Origin: a virus
IMG/VR virus record: IMGVR_UViG_3300029868_000012
DNA: 40,095 nucleotides
Direction: 5' to 3' (one strand)
Positions within the stretch are counted from its first letter, which is position 1. Each line of letters starts with the position of its first letter. Below, piece after piece: positions 1 through 7,847 of the stretch. The notes below the pieces were generated by a model. It was not told the origin of the DNA. It was given only the letters and a program-made list of their open reading frames with translations, and made no database searches. The position numbers and the translations under genes were made by a program.

Positions 1-119
1 GAAACGAGTACAACGAAAGCTAACCGCACCGACTACACTTTAATCTACGAAACAATTAACCGACACACAGCTAGTACCTGGGGGATCTCGATTCCTTGGC
101 CTACTAAGGAGCAATCAGA
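1..119. repeat. Terminal direct repeat, exact copy of 39977..40095 (circular-assembly overlap or terminal redundancy)
   Basis: Compared base by base: 1..119 is identical to 39977..40095. Confidence 0.95.
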
Positions 120-123
120 ATGA
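1..123 (+). CDS. ninB: NinB-like recombination protein, C-terminal part (same gene as 39686..40095, wraps the junction)
   Basis: Position 1 starts a codon in the frame of the ORF opened at 39686. TGA stop at 121..123. Tail ...STTKANRTDYTLIYETINRH...IPWP resembles the lambda NinB C-terminal half. Confidence 0.55.
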   Translation, partial: ETSTTKANRTDYTLIYETINRHTASTWGISIPWPTKEQSE

Positions 124-222
124 TAGACACCTTATTACAAATGGATGGATGGTTTCATGCTTGCGTGCTTGGCTTCGTTGTCATGCTTCCAGGTCTTTAT
201 AAGCGTCATAGGGAGTTACAGA

Positions 223-543
223 ATGAGGAAAACTAAAGTCTGTGATAAGCCTCTATGCAAGGTTAGTGGTGCGCGTCAAAACATTGATAACTTCAAGATG
301 CTGAATGAGTCAAAAGCCTGGTATAGCAATACGTGTAAATCTTGCGTTAGTGCTGCACATAACAGTTTGATACATGGCCAATCTGTTGAGGTGCTTGGCA
401 ACGACCGATACCTGGTAAATCACTTTAAGTACAAGATAGGCCGCTTTAACTTCTTATTTTACTTTGTTGATGGCGGGTGGATTAAATCAGAAAACGATGT
501 TGACTGGCTTATGAGGAAGGTTAGACGCTATGCCCAAGCCTAA
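223..543 (+). CDS. Hypothetical Cys-rich protein (CxxxxC...CxxC)
   Basis: ORF 145..543. The internal ATG at 223 has GGGAG 7 nt upstream. Its end overlaps the next gene. Confidence 0.5.
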   Translation: MRKTKVCDKPLCKVSGARQNIDNFKMLNESKAWYSNTCKSCVSAAHNSLIHGQSVEVLGNDRYLVNHFKYKIGRFNFLFYFVDGGWIKSENDVDWLMRKVRRYAQA

Positions 544-1126
544 ACCATGTCCGATATGTAAAAAGCCCTGGAATCGATTTAGCTCAATGGAAAAGGTGTG
601 TTCTCCTGCGTGCGCCATTGCTTATGTCCAGATAGAAAAGGGCAAGGCATACGACAAGGAAACAACCAAGCTAAAGAAGGCGTTTTATGGCAATAACATA
701 GGGAAGCAGCACGAACTAACACAGCCTGTATTTAACAAGATGCGACGACTTGAGGAGTTTAAATGGTTCCACGAAAGAGGCTTAAAACCCGTCTGCATAA
801 GTTGCGGCAAAGAAAATATGGATTGGTGCTGCGGCCACTTCAAAACAGTAGCAGCACAAGGAAATCTGAGATACGACACGATAAACACGTATCTACAGTG
901 CAATAAATATTGTAACAGTTCGTTAAGTGGAAACATTGAAGGGAATAAAACTACTCGTGGTTATAAGAAAGGGTTATTAGAAAGGTTTGGTGAGGTCGAA
1001 GGCCAGAAGATTATCGACTATTGCGAGACTCACACAGAGGTTAAGAAGTGGAAGTGTGACGAATTAATCGAGCGTAGACAGTTTTTTAACAAGCGAATAA
1101 GGGAACTTGAGAATGACTCCATCTGA
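530..1126 (+). CDS. ninG: NinG/Rap-like recombination endonuclease
   Basis: 198 aa. N-terminal CPICK...CSPAC, then CISCG...W.CGHF.T.AA...LR, QCN.YCN..LSGN, as in lambda NinG. Confidence 0.7.
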   Translation: MPKPKPCPICKKPWNRFSSMEKVCSPACAIAYVQIEKGKAYDKETTKLKKAFYGNNIGKQHELTQPVFNKMRRLEEFKWFHERGLKPVCISCGKENMDWCCGHFKTVAAQGNLRYDTINTYLQCNKYCNSSLSGNIEGNKTTRGYKKGLLERFGEVEGQKIIDYCETHTEVKKWKCDELIERRQFFNKRIRELENDSI

Positions 1127-1322
1127 ATTAATAGGAAAAGAGGTAATCAGGCAGATAGTAGAAAATGGCCACAGTGAACTAATAGCGAAGATACACGCTG
1201 ATGCTGCCACCGATGACTATATGAAAAATAAGCGAGGCGCAGGTAAAAGCGGCTGGATAAATGGACTAATTGTCTATCATGTAAAACAGGCTAATGCAGC
1301 CGGTAAGAAGGTGAGAAAATGA
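1113..1322 (+). CDS. Hypothetical protein
   Basis: ATG 1113 has AAGGGA upstream; the tracked start at 1107 is TTG. Its end overlaps the next start. Confidence 0.5.
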   Translation: MTPSELIGKEVIRQIVENGHSELIAKIHADAATDDYMKNKRGAGKSGWINGLIVYHVKQANAAGKKVRK

Positions 1323-1624
1323 ATGATTTTAAAGAGCATAGGCTTAAAGATGGAACGCTGTACTACTTGGCATCGGATGTTGACGAACATATCACTGATC
1401 TTGATTGTGAGCTTAATGATGCGAACGAAACCAACACCGAGATCATGTGCAACTATGAAACGCAAGAGGACTATGGAGAGCAATGCAAATCACTGAAGTC
1501 ATGGCTTCGCATTTCCGCCGATACATTAAAAACGCTTGATCAAAGTCAAGAAGTAACCCTGCATGGCAAGATAACAGACATAGCAGGCTTTATATCTGAC
1601 ATTGAATGGGAGCTGAAAGCATGA
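1319..1624 (+). CDS. Hypothetical acidic protein
   Basis: 101-aa ORF with ATGA-type overlaps on both sides. Confidence 0.5.
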   Translation: MNDFKEHRLKDGTLYYLASDVDEHITDLDCELNDANETNTEIMCNYETQEDYGEQCKSLKSWLRISADTLKTLDQSQEVTLHGKITDIAGFISDIEWELKA

Positions 1625-1806
1625 AACTATGCGAAGAATGTAAAAAAATGGGCTGCTTGCATACGCTGTGTCGGAGCTGCTTTCCGAAGCGAGTCAAAGC
1701 AAAGGAAGCGTTTGATGTATACAAGGCGCAAACAACCAGGGATTTTACCGATACTAAAGCATCTGAATGGCCGGTGCATAATGAACTTTTTGGGGGTGAG
1801 CAATGA
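1621..1806 (+). CDS. Hypothetical Cys-rich (zinc-binding-like) protein
   Basis: ATG 1621 overlaps the upstream TGA (ATGA), with GGGAG 8 nt upstream. Sequence begins MKLCEECKK...C...CRSC. Confidence 0.5.
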   Translation: MKLCEECKKMGCLHTLCRSCFPKRVKAKEAFDVYKAQTTRDFTDTKASEWPVHNELFGGEQ

Positions 1807-1949
1807 AAATTGAAGTAACCGTACTACCGCAAGATAAAAGAACGTTTCCTATCGTAGCTATGATCGGCAAAGACGAGAAGTTTTTTACGAAGGAATCAGC
1901 TACTTATTTTAGGGATCAATTAACAGAAGCTCTGGAGAAATTGAAGTGA
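1803..1949 (+). CDS. Small hypothetical protein (48 aa, below the track cutoff)
   Basis: Translated by hand: MKIEVTVLPQDKRTFPIVAMIGKDEKFF... The ATG overlaps the upstream stop. Confidence 0.4.
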   Translation: MKIEVTVLPQDKRTFPIVAMIGKDEKFFTKESATYFRDQLTEALEKLK

Positions 1950-2086
1950 TTAATACTGATAAATTAATAGAAGAGTTAAGTCTTAATATGAGGGCGGCAC
2001 TAAGCAAAGGTGAAATGACGCTAGCAAAGTCAATAAACGATAAAATCAACCAGCTTATAAAATACACAACGAATATACCGGAGTAA
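1946..2086 (+). CDS. Small hypothetical protein (46 aa with GTG start; alternative ATG at 1988)
   Basis: Translated by hand. GTG overlaps the upstream TGA. It fills an otherwise empty gap. Confidence 0.3.
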   Translation: MINTDKLIEELSLNMRAALSKGEMTLAKSINDKINQLIKYTTNIPE

Positions 2087-2089
2087 CCA

Positions 2090-2146
2090 ATGAAAGACTT
2101 AATACTATTGATATTGTGCTTTTTTGTAATGGGGGTGGGTGTATGA
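2090..2146 (+). CDS. Micro-ORF encoding an 18-aa hydrophobic peptide (MKDLILLILCFFVMGVGV)
   Basis: GGAG lies 6 nt upstream. The stop overlaps the next ATG (ATGA). Confidence 0.3.
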   Translation: MKDLILLILCFFVMGVGV

Positions 2147-2304
2147 ATAATTTCGAGGCTGGAATGGCAGCGGGGGCGCTAATGATGTGGGTGGCGTGGA
2201 TTGCAAGTGATTGTTTGGCGCGAGCGACTAAAGGCTACAGAAGGGAGCGACAAAGACTTGAAGAGCTAAGAGAGCTTGGACGTTTAGTGGATGACGATGA
2301 CTAA
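2143..2304 (+). CDS. Small membrane protein with a charged C-terminal tail
   Basis: MNNFEAGMAAGALMMWVAWIASDCL (hydrophobic) then RRERQRLEELRELGRLVDDDD. G-rich RBS upstream. Confidence 0.45.
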   Translation: MNNFEAGMAAGALMMWVAWIASDCLARATKGYRRERQRLEELRELGRLVDDDD

Positions 2305-2533
2305 CAGAATAATCCACGTAAGGAAAACGGTGATAACGTTCAAATGCGTGGAGTGCTGGAATACGCACCCTGAACCATTGAGTGCTAAACTATGCTGTGA
2401 CAATAACCTAGAGGATAAGACTATGCCAAGATCAGATGGCGCACCAAAGACCACTAAACGAAAGCCAGCAGCTAAGAAAAAGCCGGTAGGTTTCGTTAAA
2501 CGTAAAACCAAGAAGAAAACAAAGGTCTCATAA
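2291..2533 (+). CDS. Zinc-ribbon-like protein with a highly basic tail (possible nucleic-acid binder)
   Basis: 80 aa. CVECW...CC, then KRKPAAKKKPVGFVKRKTKKKTK. Confidence 0.5.
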   Translation: MTMTNRIIHVRKTVITFKCVECWNTHPEPLSAKLCCDNNLEDKTMPRSDGAPKTTKRKPAAKKKPVGFVKRKTKKKTKVS

Positions 2534-2994
2534 TGGAAAGCGTAATCCCCTACATCGTAGTTTGTTTAGCTATGTGCATTCACAAAGACAGAACTAATCT
2601 TGCTGCCTGTGGGGTGTTCGCTTTCTTCTATTCGATAGCCTTGGTAATTAAATATTTACATGAGGGAACCCCTGATTACCTCATATGGTCGATAGCGACA
2701 ACGCCCTTATTCCTAATAGCTATGTCAGTAATGACTAAGATAACCAAACTAGTGCTAATACTTTCCTTAACTGAATTAGTTTTGCTCATAATCGACGTTG
2801 TATCGTTGGTAGCCTATAATATGCAAATAGAGTGGCTATACCAGTTGAGGTGGTGGCCCGAAACTATTTTCATCGCGATACAAACCGCATCACTACTGGT
2901 GAGACATGGAACAGACAACGATAGAATTCGTAACGCCATTTCTAATCTATATCGTCAGTCAGTTGAGTTGGTACGTGCTAAAATATATAATTAA
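2533..2994 (+). CDS. Multi-pass membrane protein (about 4 TM)
   Basis: 153 aa with four long hydrophobic stretches. TAATG overlap with the upstream gene. Confidence 0.55.
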   Translation: MESVIPYIVVCLAMCIHKDRTNLAACGVFAFFYSIALVIKYLHEGTPDYLIWSIATTPLFLIAMSVMTKITKLVLILSLTELVLLIIDVVSLVAYNMQIEWLYQLRWWPETIFIAIQTASLLVRHGTDNDRIRNAISNLYRQSVELVRAKIYN

Positions 2995-3029
2995 ACGCTA
3001 CAAGTCAGAACTTAACCAGGATAAACAGA

Positions 3030-3296
3030 ATGGCAAATCCAGTGAGCGCGATAATTGACCCCGCAGCATTAGCGGGAACAGGGGCCGCATCATTTGGATT
3101 TGCAGCAGCATTCGCGCAATATAACTCGTACGTTACTTTTATTTTGGCTGTCATTATCTCAACAATGACTATATTTTATCTTTACAACAGGTCTATTAAT
3201 GTTCGCTTAGATAGAGAAAGGCTTGAGCTAGATATACAGATAAAGAAAGATCAATTAAAACGCAGAGCTACTGATCACGATCCTGTTGAGGATTAA
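3030..3296 (+). CDS. Small membrane protein with a charged C-terminus
   Basis: 88 aa. Hydrophobic N-terminal two-thirds, then RLDRERLELDIQIKKDQLKRR. Confidence 0.5.
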   Translation: MANPVSAIIDPAALAGTGAASFGFAAAFAQYNSYVTFILAVIISTMTIFYLYNRSINVRLDRERLELDIQIKKDQLKRRATDHDPVED

Positions 3297-3304
3297 TCCT
3301 TTTT
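3288..3304 (+). terminator. Weak hairpin plus T-run at the end of the plus operon
   Basis: GAGGA-TTAA-TCCTT followed by TTT. Only 5 bp, including one G-U pair. Confidence 0.25.
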
Positions 3305-3710
3305 ACGCCCCTTGCTTACTGTTTTGGTAATTCACTCCGAAACTAGCACTAACAATAACCCCGAATAGACCAGTTATTGGCATGAATAGCTGAGTAACTT
3401 TTTCAGTAGCTATAGATACAGATAGTTTGCCACCAATAAGCTCACCTTTAGCCAGCTCCCCGCCGATACTTGGCCCTAACCCGAAGCTTTCACATATTAA
3501 TAGTATTAGCGTAGTCACAAGGTAAAGCGTATACAGCGAAGCAACACGGTCAGACAGGTTTCTACGCATAAGCCCATTAGGATCTAACGTTTTTACCATT
3601 AGAGCTTTTGCCTCTGCTGTCTCCATTTCGGTTTCTATCCACTCCGAAGCGATGTTCTCAATAGATTTAACCGCGCCGCCAGTAAATAAGCTTAGAATCT
3701 GTTTAAACAT
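3303..3710 (-). CDS. Holin candidate (resembles the 3-TM phage/GTA holin family)
   Basis: 135 aa. N-terminal amphipathic region with ETAEAKALMVK..LDPNGLMRR, followed by hydrophobic segments. Last gene of the late operon, near the endolysin. Confidence 0.45.
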   Translation of the reverse strand: MFKQILSLFTGGAVKSIENIASEWIETEMETAEAKALMVKTLDPNGLMRRNLSDRVASLYTLYLVTTLILLICESFGLGPSIGGELAKGELIGGKLSVSIATEKVTQLFMPITGLFGVIVSASFGVNYQNSKQGA

Positions 3711-3901
3711 AATTACACCTCTATCTCGTAGCCAAGCCCTTCAAGTACAGGCACAGGGTCAATAAATTTATGCTCACCGTCTTTTACAAATGATCATATT
3801 ATAGTACATTATACATGCGGCTAGGCTCATTACCGAATTCAGGAATCGTTATCCTGTTGCCGCTTACATTCTTAACGATAATTCCTTAACGGAGAATTGC
3901 T

Positions 3902-4417
3902 ATGTTGACCCAAGAACAGCTCAAAGAATTTCTACACTATTGCCCTAAGTCGGGTGTTTTTACGTGGAACAAGCCATTAGGAATAAAGGTTAAGCCTGGA
4001 AGTGTCGCAGGAAGCATTGATAGCCATGGCTATATTTTGATAACCATCAATAGAAAGCACTACAAAGCCCACAGGCTGGCGTTTTTGTATATGGAAAACA
4101 AAATGCCAGAACACCAGGGTGATCATATAAATCATGTAAGAACAGACAATAGATGGAAAAACCTACGATGCGCAACTCACTCCGACAACGGGAGAAATAC
4201 AAAGCTACATTCAAACAATAAGTCCGGAATATCTGGAATTTCCTTCTCAAAAGATAGGGAGAAGTGGCAGGCATTCATAAAGGTGAGCGGTAAAAATCAT
4301 TATTTGGGGAGATTTAAAGGAAAGTTTGAGGCTTGCTGTGCCAGAAAATCAGCAGAAATTAAGTGTGGGTTTCATGAAAATCATGGAGATCCATTATCTC
4401 ATCCCGTTGTGTTCTAG
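3902..4417 (+). CDS. HNH homing endonuclease with a C-terminal AP2-like DNA-binding domain
   Basis: 171 aa. HGY..I......KAHRLAF...., DHINHVRTDNRWKNLRCATHSDN (HNH_3-type), then SGISGISFSKDREKWQAFIKVSGKNHYLGRF (AP2-like). Runs opposite to the surrounding late genes. Confidence 0.75.
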   Translation: MLTQEQLKEFLHYCPKSGVFTWNKPLGIKVKPGSVAGSIDSHGYILITINRKHYKAHRLAFLYMENKMPEHQGDHINHVRTDNRWKNLRCATHSDNGRNTKLHSNNKSGISGISFSKDREKWQAFIKVSGKNHYLGRFKGKFEACCARKSAEIKCGFHENHGDPLSHPVVF

Positions 4418-4741
4418 CGAATAATGATTTCCGTCGTTAAACCTGCCGCCCCATGAACCCCCGATATTTTCCCAAAATTCTCCTAGTTCTCGGTGGTCCT
4501 CAGTCTTTCTTAAGTAAACGCCGTTCTTGTATAAGTTAAGGTCTATAGCTAATCGTTTCTTATGGTTAGATCTGGACCTACCATAGCCTTTCTTTTCACC
4601 TGACCAACCAAATAGCCTAGGGTCTCTATACGCATCCCCAAACGTCATTTCATAGCCTAGCTCATAAGCTCTCTGGATTAACAGAGACACCATAAAGGTA
4701 AACTCTCTTTGTTTTTCGCCTAGCGTTAGCCCTTTTGCCAT
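4394..4741 (-). CDS. Endolysin, peptidase M15 (zinc D-Ala-D-Ala / L-Ala-D-Glu peptidase fold)
   Basis: Start taken at MAKGLTLGEKQREF (ATG 4741). Metal-ligand pattern SNHKKRLAID (H-x6-D) and DGNHYS. Confidence 0.7.
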   Translation of the reverse strand: MAKGLTLGEKQREFTFMVSLLIQRAYELGYEMTFGDAYRDPRLFGWSGEKKGYGRSRSNHKKRLAIDLNLYKNGVYLRKTEDHRELGEFWENIGGSWGGRFNDGNHYSLEHNGMR

Positions 4742-4826
4742 ACTATGTCGATACCTTTGTGCGTGCGCTTGCCTCTGGGGGCCTTGTAATGACCAGCGCC
4801 CCAGATATCCTGACCTCTTATTCTTA

Positions 4827-7160
4827 TCATATAACCGGAGGGTTAACAGTTGCAGATACGCGCATCTGATCGCCACCTGATCCAGCTGTTACGACTGTAA
4901 ACTTAACATTTATGTTTGTAGCGTCAATCGAAACGACTCTAGTAACAACAACAGGATCACCGGTCAATGTACCCTCATCAATCATCGTCACTCTAATTTG
5001 AGATGCAATATCATCGAGAAGTGACGGAGTTGCCAGCGCTAAAGTATCAAGGTTATGCGCTATAGCTACGCTGAAAGTACCAGTGCCATCTACATTCTGT
5101 ACACCTGATAAAACTGCACACGCGTTCTTATAGCCTGCCAGCGGTCGAATAATACAATCCCTACCGGCAATGGTGTCTACTATCTTTTCAAAAGGTGCGT
5201 TTAAATCACCTGTAGCACCTGAAGCTAGTACATCTGCGTCCAGTACATGACACTCATTAGAAAGAACATTTACACCATATTTAGGCTGGTTAGTTGTCGT
5301 TTCCGTTGGGTGGTCTTTACGAATCGTTCCGCCATGTACAGATACGTTTTGGCATCCAAGATTGATCAGTATGTTGTCGTAGGTGTCATCTGTAACCTGA
5401 CTATTCGCATATACATTGGGTAGGGTTATGTTTATGTCAGAAACACCAGTAGCAGCGGTTGTGCCATCACCGTTACCGTTCACATAAATTCCCTGTCTGG
5501 CGCAAAGCTCAACAGTAGGATTGATAATATCAACCCCTCTAACGCCGTTCCGAACCCCTATGCCATGACCTAGCGTTGTTCCTTCTTTAGTGCCTTCAAG
5601 TATGCCTTTAACAAAGGGTGCGATAACCTTGATTCGTCGCGCTGAAGCCTGACTACCTGAACCAGCACCATCGATATCAATACCAACACCGAAACACTCC
5701 AGCACTTCTGCTGACGTAATGGTGACTGATCCTGTGCCATCGGGTGAAACTACTCGAATGCCACCAAAACCGTTGGATGACGTGCCACAGTTCTTAACGT
5801 AAGGCGCTGTAATAGTGACCGAATCAATGCGGCCTGGGCTGGTATCAACTATTTCTATACCGGAGCCAAGATTGTTAATGGATTTAACGCCATGCAACCC
5901 AACGCGTTCACATATAAAATCACCAGATACTTGGAAGAAATCAGGCTCTACATCAAAACCAGCTTGAGGTGATCCACCGTTAGCACCATCGGCAACAGTT
6001 CCCCAGAAATCTATCCCCTTATTATTTAGGATGGACACGTTATTTCTAAAGTTATTCTTAATCAGTCCACCGTATATATTTACGTTTATACAGGTAGAAT
6101 CGTTGTTATTGTCACCATCAGCAGGGCCATAGGGTAGAGCGTCAATCATTATCCCATCGCCAAATACATCAAGTACAGTCGGCGTGGTTATGTTCGAATC
6201 TTGGCAGTTCGCAATGAAAATGCCGAATCCGTAGTTGGTATCTACTGGGGAATGTGTCGATCTCTCACCTTTGATGGTTCCCGTACCCGTTAACGATATG
6301 TTACTAACTCGATTGGGTGTGGTCGAAGTAGAGCCACGTTTGCGGCCAAATAATATAGCCATGTATCTATTGTCGTGACTATCGACGTTAAGCGTGCAGC
6401 CTCTTAATTCAACCTCTACGTTGTCATAGGGGAATTCGATCTGTTTGGCCAAATCACCAGCAGCCCTGAATGTAGGCTCTATAAGGTATTCACCAGGAGG
6501 AATAATTAGCTTGCCGCCTTTGCCATCGGAAAATAACTCCATCGCAGCAATCCAAGCGGAATTTATAAATGTCACGTTACCAGGGTCACCACCAGCAGCA
6601 ATCAAATCAACGCTGCCGGATACTTTTCTAAGTACCAAGGATAAAGTAGCAACGCCGGTACATTGTACGACTGTGAAAGTGTTCTCTGTAACAGTAGAAC
6701 TTAGAACAACATTCCACTTCCCGCCGCCACCTATGCCGGTAGCTCTCTCCGCTATGTCTAAAACATCACCGTCATCAAGCGCTGCATCAGATACCGCTAG
6801 CGCCAAAGTTGGGAAGTCTTTAACAAAGCCGAATTGCTGTGTAGTTAAGAATGGGAAAATCTTGTCAATATCATAAAGCGCATTGCCGAAGGTGTTATTA
6901 TCGGCGTCAGTAGCATTCGGATATAGAACGAAACGATACTTTTGATCAATATGAGGGACAAATACAGCATCCGAACCATTAACCGCTCTGCCTTGGCTGT
7001 TTACTTTGGCCTTGGCTAATAGCGTTCCACCCGTTGAATCTGTTGACATTGATATAGGTGTAGTGGTTTCTGAGGCATACAGCTTTATATATGCGTCGAC
7101 TGCTGCAATGTTATTCTCAATGTATTGGAGTGCATCACCTGCGATTTGCGTGAAGGCCAT
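4827..7160 (-). CDS. Tailspike with right-handed beta-helix (pectate-lyase-like depolymerase)
   Basis: 777 aa. N-terminal adaptor-like region, then many short Gly/Asn/Ile-rich beta-helix turns (NISLTGTGTIKG, NVNIYGGLIKNNFRNNVSILNN, GIEIVD..., GIGVRNGVRGVDIIN). Confidence 0.7.
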   Translation of the reverse strand: MAFTQIAGDALQYIENNIAAVDAYIKLYASETTTPISMSTDSTGGTLLAKAKVNSQGRAVNGSDAVFVPHIDQKYRFVLYPNATDADNNTFGNALYDIDKIFPFLTTQQFGFVKDFPTLALAVSDAALDDGDVLDIAERATGIGGGGKWNVVLSSTVTENTFTVVQCTGVATLSLVLRKVSGSVDLIAAGGDPGNVTFINSAWIAAMELFSDGKGGKLIIPPGEYLIEPTFRAAGDLAKQIEFPYDNVEVELRGCTLNVDSHDNRYMAILFGRKRGSTSTTPNRVSNISLTGTGTIKGERSTHSPVDTNYGFGIFIANCQDSNITTPTVLDVFGDGIMIDALPYGPADGDNNNDSTCINVNIYGGLIKNNFRNNVSILNNKGIDFWGTVADGANGGSPQAGFDVEPDFFQVSGDFICERVGLHGVKSINNLGSGIEIVDTSPGRIDSVTITAPYVKNCGTSSNGFGGIRVVSPDGTGSVTITSAEVLECFGVGIDIDGAGSGSQASARRIKVIAPFVKGILEGTKEGTTLGHGIGVRNGVRGVDIINPTVELCARQGIYVNGNGDGTTAATGVSDINITLPNVYANSQVTDDTYDNILINLGCQNVSVHGGTIRKDHPTETTTNQPKYGVNVLSNECHVLDADVLASGATGDLNAPFEKIVDTIAGRDCIIRPLAGYKNACAVLSGVQNVDGTGTFSVAIAHNLDTLALATPSLLDDIASQIRVTMIDEGTLTGDPVVVTRVVSIDATNINVKFTVVTAGSGGDQMRVSATVNPPVI

Positions 7161-7194
7161 CGTGAAATCCTTTGTTTAGTGTTGTATTTGCTTA

Positions 7195-7203
7195 GTATAG
7201 CAT
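7195..7203 (-). promoter_or_regulatory. Extended -10 element TGCTATACT upstream of the tailspike gene
   Basis: Plus-strand agtatagca. Same 9-mer family as 29248..29256 and 32835..32843. About 35 nt upstream of ATG 7160, with AAAGGA RBS between. Confidence 0.35.
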
Positions 7204-7328
7204 TACTTGCAATTGCCTGGAAATTGGGCTTTACTGTCGAAGTGACTAGGGGGATACCCCGAAACGCGGATTCGTTCTCCGCTTGTCGCCCCCAAATCAG
7301 AACGATAATTACTTAACGGATAATTAAC

Positions 7329-7740
7329 ATGATCACACAATCAGAATTAAAAGATAAATTACACTATTGCCCTGATACGGGTGTTTTTACTTGGATTAAG
7401 CCTCACTGCATGGCCAAATCAATAAGCCCTGGAGATAGAGCAGGAAGTACAAAGTCGGACGGATACACGGCTATAAATACAGGAGGAATAAACCATTTGC
7501 AGCATAGACTCGCGTTTTTGTACATGACTGGAAGCATGCCGGAAGGCCACGTAGATCATATAAACCAAAAAAGGAACGAGTCACTGGCAGGCCAGAATAA
7601 TGTCAAAAGGCAAGGCTGTGCATTTAGGTTTTTTTGACGACAAAGATGACGCCATAGCCGCAAGAAAAGCCGCCAACATCAAATACGGTTTCCACGCCAA
7701 CCACGGAGCAGCCAAATGTCTTACTTCATCTACACCTTAA
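7329..7740 (+). pseudogene. Decayed paralogue of the HNH-AP2 endonuclease (internal deletion plus frameshift)
   Basis: N-terminus MITQSELKDKLHYCPDTGVFTW...HRLAFLYM...VDHINQK aligns to 3902..4417. After an A6 run (7567..7572) homology continues in the +1 frame (HWQARI..KGKAVHLGFFDDKDDAIAARKAANIKYGFHANHG, stop 7738..7740). About 40 codons covering DNRW.NL....N are missing. Confidence 0.7.
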
Positions 7741-7847
7741 TATTCATAGCCCTAGTTGGCATATGGGTTAAGGATGCGATCATTAAAGAAATGAAGCTCA
7801 CCGCCGCCGCGTACCATAAAAAGCATTATGGTGCTGACGAAGATTGA
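7716..7847 (+). CDS. Possible 43-aa membrane peptide
   Basis: ATG 7716 has GGAG 7 nt upstream. MSYFIYTLIFIALVGIWV... Overlaps the pseudogene tail and the 3' end of the convergent gene 7826..9460. Confidence 0.2.
   Translation: MSYFIYTLIFIALVGIWVKDAIIKEMKLTAAAYHKKHYGADED

Noticed and set aside
145-236. Upstream starts for the first Cys-rich gene (ATG 145), and a 31-codon ORF at 141..236 (MDGWFHACVLGFVVMLPGLYKRH...)
   Set aside because: Neither ATG has a recognisable RBS, whereas ATG 223 has GGGAG at the ideal spacing. The short hydrophobic ORF cannot be excluded, but there is no positive evidence for it.
4742-4826. Imperfect GC-rich hairpin (CTGGGGC...GCCCCCAG) between the tailspike and endolysin genes, as a possible terminator
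   Set aside because: The loop is long (about 15 nt), there is a bulge in the stem, and no U-tract follows on the minus strand. It is probably at most an RNA-processing or stability element.
4742-4876. Long N-terminal extension of the endolysin ORF (tracked start at 4876)
   Set aside because: The extension overlaps the tailspike 3' end and is Arg/Leu/Gln-rich and not protein-like. MAKGLTLGEKQREF at ATG 4741 starts the recognisable M15 domain.
6445-6876. Antisense or alternative-frame ORFs inside large genes: 685..936, 1277..1483, 2284..2511, 4047..4274, 6445..6876, 7125..7316, 8181..9020, 10043..10609, 11899..12300, 12528..12774, 13311..14353, 14845..16126, 17269..17520, 17689..18791, 18843..19211, 19502..19696, 19952..20137, 21232..21420, 21835..22020, 22065..22256, 22276..22725, 23007..23394, 23660..23863, 24383..24583, 27167..27409, 28685..28870
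   Set aside because: Each lies wholly within, or opposite to, a longer ORF with clear protein-like sequence and operon coupling. None has an RBS or an independent intergenic context. Their compositions are typical shadow-ORF (Ser/Leu/Pro/Arg-rich).
7230-7262. GGGGATACCCC palindrome upstream of the HNH pseudogene, as a possible terminator
   Set aside because: It has a 4-bp stem and a 3-nt loop, with no T-run on either strand. That is too weak to call.
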